In this document: positions 29,312 to 37,615 of the stretch, piece by piece
How positions within the stretch are numbered: position 1 is the first letter of the stretch
How the letters are laid out: the number at the start of each line of letters is the position of its first letter
Assembly: GCA_001816585.1 (NCBI GenBank)
Contig: MHCJ01000003.1
Location: 426,971-490,970, forward strand
Length of the DNA stretch: 64,000 nucleotides
Direction: 5' to 3'
Source: Candidatus Chisholmbacteria bacterium RIFCSPHIGHO2_01_FULL_52_32
Lineage (GTDB): Bacteria; Patescibacteriota; Microgenomatia; UBA1400; Chisholmbacteraceae
Position numbers and translations under genes: made by a program
Notes under the pieces: generated by a model
Told to the model about the DNA's origin: nothing
The model's input: only the letters and a program-made list of their open reading frames with translations
The model's database searches: none

Positions 29312-30337
29312 CTATATCATGGAGCTCTGTGCGTGCGATGTTGTCATCCATTGATGCAGGTTATTTAGGCCCCGACCGATTGGTGTTGTAGGTTTCCAAC
29401 CGAAGTCCTGCCCAGCCATTGAGTAATCCGTGATGTAGACCCGTTGATCTCCCGGTCGCCACTGTGAAAATCTGATCTTTGCCACAGCCTTGCATTCCCG
29501 CTCAAGCAGAGGGAGGAGCTCGATCAAACTCACGGAGTATCGGCGGCCGCCGCCGATGTTGTACACGCGGCCGGACGTTTTTGAGATCTTGGCAATCGCC
29601 CGGACATAGCAATCAACCAGGTCACGGACATAGAGAAGATCACGGACCTGTTTCCCGTCACCGTAAATCGTGATGGTTTTTCCTCTGAGGAGCTTACGCA
29701 TGAAATGAGCTACCCAGCCCTGGTCTGCGTTGCCGAACTGGAAGTCGCCATAGATGCAGCTTTGCCGGAACACGAGCGTTCTGAGGCCATAGATACGGGC
29801 ATAATCGTGTACGTACTGGTCCCCGGCTCCTTTGCTGCAGCCGTAGGGTGAATGAAAGTCGAGCTGAAAGTCTTCCTTAATCCCCCGTCGCAAACGCCGA
29901 TCTGCAAAATCGTATCTTGTCTTTTTCTTAATAATATAAGCGTTTTCCATGCCTCCGTACACCTTATTCGTCGACGCGTATACCATAATCGGAGGATTTT
30001 TTTGCGCTCTTGCCGCTTCCAAAACATTGAGCGTTCCGAGAGCGTTTATTTCAAAATCCGTACGGGGATCCGCGACCGAGCTCGTGACGGCAACTTGAGA
30101 AGCCATATGAAATAGGAGATCGGTTCCTTCTATCTTTCTCTTTAGCGTCTCGAAGTCCCTGATATCCGCTTTGTGGAAGACTACCTTCGGATGTGTTTTT
30201 TTCAGCCATGCGAGATTCTTCTCAACACCAGGACGGGAGAGGTTATCGTACACATCCGTCTCAATGCCCTGCTTGAGATAGTAATCGGCAATGTTTGTGC
30301 CGATGAACCCAGCACCACCAGTTATCAATATCTTCAT
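29312..30337 (-). CDS. rfbE: CDP-paratose 2-epimerase-like extended SDR
   Basis: GGAGFIG, QVAVTSS, STNKVYG, FHSPYGCSKG..DQY, RQSCIYG..QFG..DQGWV. Confidence 0.8.
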   Translation of the reverse strand: MKILITGGAGFIGTNIADYYLKQGIETDVYDNLSRPGVEKNLAWLKKTHPKVVFHKADIRDFETLKRKIEGTDLLFHMASQVAVTSSVADPRTDFEINALGTLNVLEAARAQKNPPIMVYASTNKVYGGMENAYIIKKKTRYDFADRRLRRGIKEDFQLDFHSPYGCSKGAGDQYVHDYARIYGLRTLVFRQSCIYGDFQFGNADQGWVAHFMRKLLRGKTITIYGDGKQVRDLLYVRDLVDCYVRAIAKISKTSGRVYNIGGGRRYSVSLIELLPLLERECKAVAKIRFSQWRPGDQRVYITDYSMAGQDFGWKPTTPIGRGLNNLHQWMTTSHAQSSMI

Positions 30338-30375
30338 ATAGTAAATTGCCGACCTGGTAACTTTAATGATACTTC

Positions 30376-30444
30376 TTAATTAAACACTACAAACGGTTGT
30401 TGGTGCTGGGCGAAACCAGCGCCGCCGGTGATAAGAACTTTCAT
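30376..30444 (-). pseudogene. 22-codon stub of an NAD-dependent epimerase N-terminus
   Basis: Translates MKVLITGGAGFAQHQQPFVVFN*; the SDR Rossmann start breaks off after GGAGF. Confidence 0.7.
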
Positions 30445-30484
30445 GAATTACGAATTATGAATAATGAATTATGAATTAAGAATA
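30443..30484. repeat. Intergenic 7-nt tandem repeat (ATGAATT)x6, degenerate
   Basis: atgaatt acgaatt atgaata atgaatt atgaatt aagaata. Confidence 0.9.
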
Positions 30485-30500
30485 AGATCGATATAAGTGC

Positions 30501-31595
30501 TCAAGATTTAAAATTGCGGATTGCTTCAGTGTACACTTGTTCCGTTTCCCTGGCTATTATAGCCCAATCGAACCGCTTTGCGAGCAGTTGACCTTCTTTT
30601 TTCTTTTGATTGTAGAGCGTTTGGTTTGTGAACAGGATATTTAGCTTTTCTGCAAGATCCCGTATCTCCTGGGGCAAAAACAATAGTCCACCTTTTCCGT
30701 TCCCGGTGATTTCTTCTGTTGCCGGGATACGTGCATTGACATACGGTACGCCTGTTGCCAAGGCTTCAACCGTGGCTATCCCGAATCCTTCAACGAGGGA
30801 TGGCAGGCAGAACAAGTGAGACCTGTGCAGCGTTTTTGTGACATCCGGGTACGGTAAATTACCAAGAAGTTTTACATCCTTTGCTAGTTTGCGATTGGTA
30901 ATTTGTGATTTGAGATTTTTTCCTTCCGGACCTTCTCCGATAATGAGGCACTGAATACCGGGGATCTTTCTTTTTAGGATTGCAATCGCCTCAATAAGAT
31001 CTGCGATCCTTTTATACGGAAGGAGCCTTGCGATCGTACAAACGGTTGGCCTTAGGAACTTCTTGACGTTCAACGCTTTGAGCTTCCCGTATTCCACCCC
31101 TCCGTAGATGACGGTGATTCTTTCCGGAGGGATCCCCAGGGCAATCAGCTTTTTTTGTGTAACCTGGCTCATCGCAATCCAATGGTTCCAGGGTAACTTC
31201 AGCCCGGTAACTTCCATTACCCTACCGGCAATGGCGACAGGGAGCGGAAAATAATCCGTCCAATATTTTCCTAAGACGTCGGGGACCCAAGCGACCGCCG
31301 GCAAACCGAGGCGCTTTGCCAAAAGGAATGCCGGGAAATAGGTTGTGACATTTGAGGCTTCGATCAGATCCGGCCTTTTTTTTGGCTTTATTAAGATAAT
31401 GCGGATCAAAGAGGCAAGACGGGGGAACATGGATAGTGTGGTTGCCGCGATCGAGCCCCTGTTCAGGCTGACCACTTCCACATTGTGTTTTTCCGATAAG
31501 TACTTCGCGACAAAATAATTTCGGGCTTGTACACCACCAACAATCGTTGGCTGGGCTCCGTCGGGATAGAATTCATTAACAAGGAGAATATTCAA
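30501..31595 (-). CDS. GT4 glycosyltransferase
   Basis: GGVQAR, ARLLPYKR, GEGP, EGFGIATVEALATGVP; TTG start. Confidence 0.92.
   Translation of the reverse strand: MNILLVNEFYPDGAQPTIVGGVQARNYFVAKYLSEKHNVEVVSLNRGSIAATTLSMFPRLASLIRIILIKPKKRPDLIEASNVTTYFPAFLLAKRLGLPAVAWVPDVLGKYWTDYFPLPVAIAGRVMEVTGLKLPWNHWIAMSQVTQKKLIALGIPPERITVIYGGVEYGKLKALNVKKFLRPTVCTIARLLPYKRIADLIEAIAILKRKIPGIQCLIIGEGPEGKNLKSQITNRKLAKDVKLLGNLPYPDVTKTLHRSHLFCLPSLVEGFGIATVEALATGVPYVNARIPATEEITGNGKGGLLFLPQEIRDLAEKLNILFTNQTLYNQKKKEGQLLAKRFDWAIIARETEQVYTEAIRNFKS
30886..30920. repeat. Degenerate 7-nt-period repeat inside a GT4 CDS
   Basis: agtttgc gattggt aatttgt gatttga gattttt; encodes KNLKSQITNRKL. Confidence 0.55.
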
Positions 31596-31603
31596 AATAG
31601 CAG

Positions 31604-31638
31604 AATGTTCAATGTTAAATGTGCGATGTTTAATGTTT
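31604..31638. repeat. Intergenic 7-nt tandem repeat (AATGTTN)x5
   Basis: aatgttc aatgtta aatgtgc gatgttt aatgttt. Confidence 0.8.
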
Positions 31639-31656
31639 GAGCGTAATCGTTCAGAT

Positions 31657-32013
31657 TTATTTCTTTTTTTTTGATCGTTTTTCTCCTTCGAGCGCGATTT
31701 TTCTCACCAACTCCGTGATCTGGTGCCGCACATTCTCCAAAATTACGTTGGTACGGTACACAAGGTAAAACAACAACACGAGCGAAGCATAGATGACGAC
31801 ATCTGCTCCTCTGCCTATTCCGAGAACGCGTGCGATACTGGTCGTGAACTGTGGATTTAAGCTTCCAAGTGCTGCCAATCCCCAAATCAATGACCAAAAG
31901 AGAAACGTCCCGATATTGATTGTTCTCTCACGAAAACGCAGCCAGACTCTCGAGAAAGCAAAGAGAATAAAGATGAGCAAAAATACCTGGACTGGAATCA
32001 GTAATATTTGCAT
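31657..32013 (-). CDS. DUF2304-family small membrane protein (GacJ-like)
   Basis: 3 TM segments, IARVLGIGRGADVVIY, ITELVRKIAL; directly downstream of a DPM-like GT2. Confidence 0.88.
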   Translation of the reverse strand: MQILLIPVQVFLLIFILFAFSRVWLRFRERTINIGTFLFWSLIWGLAALGSLNPQFTTSIARVLGIGRGADVVIYASLVLLFYLVYRTNVILENVRHQITELVRKIALEGEKRSKKKK

Positions 32014-32026
32014 ACTTTATGACTCA

Positions 32027-32710
32027 CTAGCGGGCAAGCTTCAGGAGTAGTCTACCTAAAATACCGAAGGCGTTCAAATTGGACTGCCCCTTCTTCCGTG
32101 AATAAGAAGTGTAGATGACATGGATCGGAACCTCCGTAAGCTGCAAACTAAGGCGATTTATCTCCGAGAAAAATTCCGATGAGGCTTCCATTTCCTGTGT
32201 CTTGAGAGAAATTTGACGAATCGCTGGTTTTGAGAATGCCCGAAATCCTGACTGCGAATCCGATGTACTAACCGAAAAGAGGAGCTTTGTTATGACGTTA
32301 CCAAACCAAAGGATTATCCGGCGGTCGAACGGGATTTGTTGCATTCCTTTTAACGTCCGGGAGCCGATCACCACGTCCGCATCTCCCTTTCGAATCGGCT
32401 CGATCACCCGTCTGATGTCTCCCGGGTCATGCTGACCGTCCGCGTCAAAGGTCACCGCGATGTCTGCATTTACCAGTTTTGCGTAGGTAAGTCCTGTCCC
32501 CAATGCTCCGCCCAACCCACGATTAATGGGGTGGGAGAGAATCTTTGCGCCAGCAGTCATTGCCTCCTTCGCTGTGGCGTCTACCGAGCCGTCATCGACC
32601 ACAACGATTTCGACCTCGCCTAATGATGCAATCTCTTTCTTCAATGCAACAAGTACCTTTCGAATGACCGGCGCCTCGTTGAATGCGGGGACGATAATCA
32701 CTAGCTTCAT
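32027..32710 (-). CDS. DPM-like GT2 polyprenol-phosphate sugar synthase (GacI-like)
   Basis: PAFNEA, VDDGSVDAT, NRGLGGA, DADGQH, GSR, DSQSGFRAF. Confidence 0.9.
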   Translation of the reverse strand: MKLVIIVPAFNEAPVIRKVLVALKKEIASLGEVEIVVVDDGSVDATAKEAMTAGAKILSHPINRGLGGALGTGLTYAKLVNADIAVTFDADGQHDPGDIRRVIEPIRKGDADVVIGSRTLKGMQQIPFDRRIILWFGNVITKLLFSVSTSDSQSGFRAFSKPAIRQISLKTQEMEASSEFFSEINRLSLQLTEVPIHVIYTSYSRKKGQSNLNAFGILGRLLLKLAR

Positions 32711-33630
32711 CGTCCTCTCTTAAAAAATTCCGCTGTTTTTTCTAACCCATTTCGGAGTTCTGTTCTTGGTTGCCAGCCGAACTCCTTCAGCGCCTTTTTG
32801 CTATCCAGGCTGCTTCGTCGTTGTTCCCCCTTTTTTACCGGCCCGTAGAGGGGCTTTACGGTTGGGGCGAGTTGTTTTCGCAGTTCGTCGAAAATGGTGG
32901 TAACATCCGTTTCTTTTCCGGTGCCGATGTTGTTGATCCCTTTTGCCTTTTGGGAGAGTGCCTTTGCATTCGCTTCTACGACATCTTCCACAAAGACAAA
33001 GTCCCGTGTTTGTTTGCCGTCACCACTTATTACCGGCTGTTCCCCGCTGAGGAGCCTCCCGGAAAAGATGGCAATCACCCCCGCCTCCCCCTTCGGATTT
33101 TGCCGCGGTCCATAGACATTTCCGTAGCGAAGGCTGACAAACGGTATGCCATGGACCTCTTGATAGTAGTGGAGATAGTGCTCGCAGGTTAACTTCGCAA
33201 CGCCGTAGGGTGAGATCGGCCATGCCGGATAATTTTCCGGAGTCGGAATTATGCTTGCATCTCCGTAGATCGCACCACCGGTTGAAGCGAAGATCACTTT
33301 TTTGACCGATTTTACCTGTCGGGCTCCCTCCATCAGGTTCAACAATCCAAGAATATTGATTTCAGCGTCCCAAAGAGGTTCTTCAACCGATCTGCGAAGA
33401 TCGATTTGTGCGGCGTGGTGGTTGATGATCTCGGGTTTTTCCGCAACGACGAGGTTGAAGGCATCTTTGGACCGAATATCGAGTTTGAGAAATTTTACTT
33501 TACGGTTTAGATTTGCTTCCGATCCGGTCGAGAGGTCATCGATGACAAGAACTTGATGGCCATCAGTAATGTAGCGATCAACGATGTGCGAACCGATGAA
33601 TCCGGCACCGCCGGTAACTAAAATTTTCAT
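32707..33630 (-). CDS. NAD-dependent epimerase (UDP-glucose/UDP-GlcNAc 4-epimerase-like)
   Basis: GGAGFIGSH, STGGAIYG, SPYGVAK, RYGNVYGPRQNPKGEAGV. Start trimmed to 33630. Confidence 0.9.
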   Translation of the reverse strand: MKILVTGGAGFIGSHIVDRYITDGHQVLVIDDLSTGSEANLNRKVKFLKLDIRSKDAFNLVVAEKPEIINHHAAQIDLRRSVEEPLWDAEINILGLLNLMEGARQVKSVKKVIFASTGGAIYGDASIIPTPENYPAWPISPYGVAKLTCEHYLHYYQEVHGIPFVSLRYGNVYGPRQNPKGEAGVIAIFSGRLLSGEQPVISGDGKQTRDFVFVEDVVEANAKALSQKAKGINNIGTGKETDVTTIFDELRKQLAPTVKPLYGPVKKGEQRRSSLDSKKALKEFGWQPRTELRNGLEKTAEFFKRGR

Positions 33631-33682
33631 GAATGATGAACTAAAAAATTTAAGAACCAACTATTTTTTCGTCTGTAGCTGA

Positions 33683-34567
33683 TCATCTAGCTCCCTTTAT
33701 CACACCGACCCCGCTTCCGATGATGAACATACCTCCAATTAAAGTATACAGAGTTACTGGTTCCTTAAAAAAGATAGCAGCAAGGATGATTGCTCCGATT
33801 GGTTCTCCATAACTTAAGATTGATGCGCTTGTCGCCGGGATCTGTCTTATACCTTGGAAGAAAAGAAGGAACGAAATACCAAGCACTAGTATTCCCCATA
33901 TAGACAACCAGAACCAGTTTGTCGGAGAAATACCTGCTTGAATTGAATTCATAGCAAATGGCAGAAATAAAACCAAAGGAACAGCATTTTTATAGACGAC
34001 TGCGCTTAACGGATCAGCTTTCGTTTGTGTAACTCTTTTTTCTAGAACCGTGTGAAACGCAAAGAAAATTGCTGAGAGGGATCCGTAGATAAGAGCACGA
34101 TCAATTGATCTGCCGATATCGGGTAAAATTAAAACGAGAAGACCGACGAAACCAAGAATAGCTAAGACGAAATTCTTGATGGTAATCTTTTCTTTCAGAA
34201 TGAGTGGCCCAAAAATGAGTACAACGAATATTGGGGCTAAATAATGGGTAAGAACGGCGTTCGCCACTGTTCCGCTTTTGATTGCAGTAAAGAATAGGCC
34301 GTTATTTACCGCGATTCCCAAACCTACACCCAGCATTAACCTTAAGGTTTTTGTTGAATATCTCAAGAGATCAGATAGTTTGTTTTTCAAAGCAAGGCTT
34401 GAGAGGAGAAAAACAATACCCCAAAATGCTCCGATTGCGTAAAGTGCAAATGCTGGTATAGAAATTAACTTTACTAGAATTCCTGTGCTGACGCCCCAGA
34501 TTGAAACAGCCCCAAGCACGAATAGATATCCTGAGTGTATAAATTTACTACCTTTTTCTTTAGCCAT
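33683..34567 (-). CDS. EamA/DMT-family 10-TM transporter
   Basis: Two EamA repeats (APIFV...LKEKI; EPIGAIILA..FFKEP). Confidence 0.9.
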   Translation of the reverse strand: MAKEKGSKFIHSGYLFVLGAVSIWGVSTGILVKLISIPAFALYAIGAFWGIVFLLSSLALKNKLSDLLRYSTKTLRLMLGVGLGIAVNNGLFFTAIKSGTVANAVLTHYLAPIFVVLIFGPLILKEKITIKNFVLAILGFVGLLVLILPDIGRSIDRALIYGSLSAIFFAFHTVLEKRVTQTKADPLSAVVYKNAVPLVLFLPFAMNSIQAGISPTNWFWLSIWGILVLGISFLLFFQGIRQIPATSASILSYGEPIGAIILAAIFFKEPVTLYTLIGGMFIIGSGVGVIKGAR

Positions 34568-34573
34568 TTGTTC

Positions 34574-35722
34574 CTACGCTACCCAATATCCGCGGACAAA
34601 GAGTGCGGTGTTTACCGCCAGCAGTATAGCACTTGCAACCCACCAAACTCGCTGAAATATCGGACTCTTAATCTTTCCTAAAACAATGAAGCAAGGGAAG
34701 AGCACAAGGACGTACCGGGGCATACTTGAGAAGGTGCCCGTCAAGGTCGGGAGAAGATAGGAGAGAATGCCAAAGATCGCATAGGAAAGGCGGGTTCTTC
34801 TAAAGGCAATTATGGAAAGAACCAGGAAAAGGATTCCGCTTGCCGCCTCGAGGAATACCGTATAGTAAACAAGCGTCTTTGGGTCAACCGTTGCAATCAT
34901 TTTGACGTACCGCCAAAATACCTGATACAGAAGGATGAGTTTATCGGCGCTCCTCCCTGCACCAAAGACTGGTTGGGCGTGGAGAAAGAGAAGCGGGTCC
35001 TGAAAGGACTTGTTCAGGTAATACATGTATCCCACAAGACCCGATATAGAGAGGAAAATGGGTAATACGGCAAGAAACAACTCCGAAAACGTGAAGACGG
35101 TCTTCTTGCCTCTTTGAACATACCATTCTATGAGAAGGGCTGGTAAGAGAAAGACACCAAAGATTCGTGTCGCCGATGCCAGACCCCCCAGAATCCCGGC
35201 AATCCACCAGCTTTTCTTCCTGGCGGCAAAGAGGGAGCCAAAGACCATCATCAGGAAGAGGCTTTCGGTATAGACGGAAACAAAAGAGTATGCGGTCGGG
35301 AAGAGAAGAAGAAAGATTAGAGTCCTTTTTGCCGTTGTTTGCCCCCAATCTAGACGGATGAGTTTGTAGAACAAAATGAGTGTAATCACAAGTGCAGCAT
35401 GGGAAACTAGGAGTCCTGAAGCAAGGTAATTCCCGACGAAGGTCTGTGTATATCGGATCGCCAGCGGATAGAGAGGGAAGAAGGCTTGGGTGAATTGGGC
35501 GCTGTACCCATGCATGGCTATGGTCAGGTAATGGACTCCATCGAAGTTCCCCCAACTCCAAAACAGCGGATGGCCGTTGGGTTCAAGGAGCGTTTCCCAA
35601 TACGGGAAGCTTGGCTTAAAGGGGAGCGATGAAATCGCATATGCTGCTATAGCCAAGAGCGCAACCCGCCAGAGAACGAGTACACCGAGAATCCACTTAA
35701 GTTTGCCTGGTTCTTTTCTCAT
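34574..35722 (-). CDS. PIG-V-like (GT76/Mannosyl_trans2) membrane mannosyltransferase
   Basis: WGNFDGVHYLTIA..GY, AFFPLYP, YTESLF, ATRIFG, SMPRYVLVLFP. Confidence 0.88.
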   Translation of the reverse strand: MRKEPGKLKWILGVLVLWRVALLAIAAYAISSLPFKPSFPYWETLLEPNGHPLFWSWGNFDGVHYLTIAMHGYSAQFTQAFFPLYPLAIRYTQTFVGNYLASGLLVSHAALVITLILFYKLIRLDWGQTTAKRTLIFLLLFPTAYSFVSVYTESLFLMMVFGSLFAARKKSWWIAGILGGLASATRIFGVFLLPALLIEWYVQRGKKTVFTFSELFLAVLPIFLSISGLVGYMYYLNKSFQDPLLFLHAQPVFGAGRSADKLILLYQVFWRYVKMIATVDPKTLVYYTVFLEAASGILFLVLSIIAFRRTRLSYAIFGILSYLLPTLTGTFSSMPRYVLVLFPCFIVLGKIKSPIFQRVWWVASAILLAVNTALFVRGYWVA

Positions 35723-35731
35723 TTCTTTCCT

Positions 35732-36790
35732 CTACCCGGCCAAAACTTGGGTATACACATTGATTGTTTCCCGCGCCGTTTTTTCCCAAGAGAACTTGTG
35801 ATTTTGTCGGTTCCCTTTTTCTATGAGGTGTCCTCTCTCCTTCTCTCCCAGCTTCATGGCTTTGATTATTCCACTTGCAATACTTTCGGTACTCAGTGGA
35901 TCCACGAATATCGCTGCTTCCCCGGCTACTTCCGGTATACTTGCCACTTTGCCAGCCACGACCGGGGTTTTGCACGCGAACGCTTCAAGTATCGGAAGCC
36001 CAAATCCTTCATAGAGGGAAGGTTGGATGTAGGCTTTGGCTTGGCTGTAAATCGCAGCGAGAGTTTCCGGACGGTCTAAGGGAACACTCGAACGGATGTG
36101 CACTCTGCCGCTCAACTTACTTTTTTCAATCGCCGATAGGATTTGTTTTACTTGCGGAAGAGCTTTATCGGCGAACACCCGCCCTACCAAAACCAGATGA
36201 ATATCTGGCATTTCCCGGCGTACCTTTTGCATCGCCGCAATGAGCTTCGTAAGATTTTTATTCGGGTTTACGTCACCGACGTAGAGGAGAAATTTTTTCG
36301 GGAGTGCGTATTTCTTTTTTATCCGTGCGATTTTTTCTTTTGATTGCGGCATAAACGCACCGTCTGCCGCTAAGTGGATGACGTGAATCTTTTCAGGCTC
36401 GATCCCCAAATATTTTGTGATATCTTTTTTGGAATTATAGGAATCCGCAATAATTGCCTCTACACTTCGAATAGCTAAGCGTTGAAGAAAGAACCTTGCC
36501 TTTCCACGCACCCCCGCAGGAAAATCCTTGGGAAAAATCAGGGGAATCACATCGTGGATGGTGACGACCGTTTTTGTCTTCCTTTTCAGAGGAAGTGTAT
36601 GGAAAAAGAGATCGAAGTAGGGGTAGTGGGTAAGATCGGCATTGCGTACAAGGTTTGCTTTTGTTGTCACGATGTACTGATTTTTCTTGTCTATCTTATG
36701 GAGCGCTTCGATAAGCCTTCGGGTATACATCCCAATCCCGCGCGTTTTATGGCCGGTCTTTAACGGAGAGATATCGATCACGACTTTCAT
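35732..36790 (-). CDS. GT4 glycosyltransferase (MtfB/WbdB-like)
   Basis: RGIGMY, TIHDVIP, PNKNL, PSLYEGFGLPILEAFACKTP. Confidence 0.92.
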   Translation of the reverse strand: MKVVIDISPLKTGHKTRGIGMYTRRLIEALHKIDKKNQYIVTTKANLVRNADLTHYPYFDLFFHTLPLKRKTKTVVTIHDVIPLIFPKDFPAGVRGKARFFLQRLAIRSVEAIIADSYNSKKDITKYLGIEPEKIHVIHLAADGAFMPQSKEKIARIKKKYALPKKFLLYVGDVNPNKNLTKLIAAMQKVRREMPDIHLVLVGRVFADKALPQVKQILSAIEKSKLSGRVHIRSSVPLDRPETLAAIYSQAKAYIQPSLYEGFGLPILEAFACKTPVVAGKVASIPEVAGEAAIFVDPLSTESIASGIIKAMKLGEKERGHLIEKGNRQNHKFSWEKTARETINVYTQVLAG

Positions 36791-36795
36791 AAGAG

Positions 36796-36830
36796 AATGA
36801 TTAATGATTAATGGTTAATGATTAATTTGT
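36796..36830. repeat. 7-nt tandem repeat (AATGATT)x4-5 spanning a stop codon and the intergenic gap
   Basis: aatgatt aatgatt aatggtt aatgatt aatttgt. Confidence 0.85.
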
Positions 36831-37615
36831 CTTGCGTTTTCTTGCGGATGATTGGTCGTATACTTTGCCTCCCAATACTTCATGTAGGCGATCTGCCAAT
36901 GTAAACCGGAGAACAGTGCAAAAATAAATCCGGGAAATCCATCCAGGAAACCTTTGTGCCGAATGTAAATCCGTACAAATGTCACAAGAGGTCTTATGAA
37001 GAAATACTCAAGGAAGTTCCCGCTATTGAGCGCGAGCTTTTTCCTATTCAGCTCCTCGGCTGTGAGCGAGGTATAACGATTGGCGTTGGTCAGGTACCGG
37101 CTGAAGGTTGGGGCTGTGAAGTGTCTCAGATGTCCATTCAATTGCTCCACCCTGCCTTTAACCTCCATCTGCTCATGGACGCTTCTTTGCGGGAGGTAGG
37201 CCTTTCCTTTTCTGAACAACCGGATAACCGGATCGGGGTACTGACCACCTTTATGAAGCCAGGTTCCCAAAAAAAAGTTCTTTCTTTTTATAGCAAAAGC
37301 GGAAAATGGACTCCCTTTTTTGATAACTGAAACAATTTCTTTCGCAAGTTCTTCATCGACTTGTTCGTCCGCATCGAGCTGGAGAATCCAGTCGGATGAG
37401 GCGGCATCGATTGCCATCTGCTTGTTCGTGTGAAACATCGGACGGTTCACCGTTTTTATCACACGTGCTCCGTACCGGCGGGCGATTTGGCGGGTTTTAT
37501 CTTCCGATGAACCATCGACGACAACGATTTCATCGGCAAATGATTTGACGCTTTCAAGACACCTTGGGAGGTTCCCTTCCTCGTTATAGGTCGCGAGGGC
37601 AACGGATAGTTTCAT
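36815..37615 (-). CDS. GT2 glycosyltransferase (WaaE/KdtX beta-1,4-glucosyltransferase-like)
   Basis: NEE.NL..CLESV, LDADE, YPD..IRLFR, VHE, GFLDG.PG. Confidence 0.9.
   Translation of the reverse strand: MKLSVALATYNEEGNLPRCLESVKSFADEIVVVDGSSEDKTRQIARRYGARVIKTVNRPMFHTNKQMAIDAASSDWILQLDADEQVDEELAKEIVSVIKKGSPFSAFAIKRKNFFLGTWLHKGGQYPDPVIRLFRKGKAYLPQRSVHEQMEVKGRVEQLNGHLRHFTAPTFSRYLTNANRYTSLTAEELNRKKLALNSGNFLEYFFIRPLVTFVRIYIRHKGFLDGFPGFIFALFSGLHWQIAYMKYWEAKYTTNHPQENARQINH

Noticed and set aside
18925-31672. T8-T9 homopolymer runs (e.g. 18925-18933, 31664-31672) as phase-variation tracts
   Set aside because: They are short and correspond to Lys-codon runs, which are common in this sequence.
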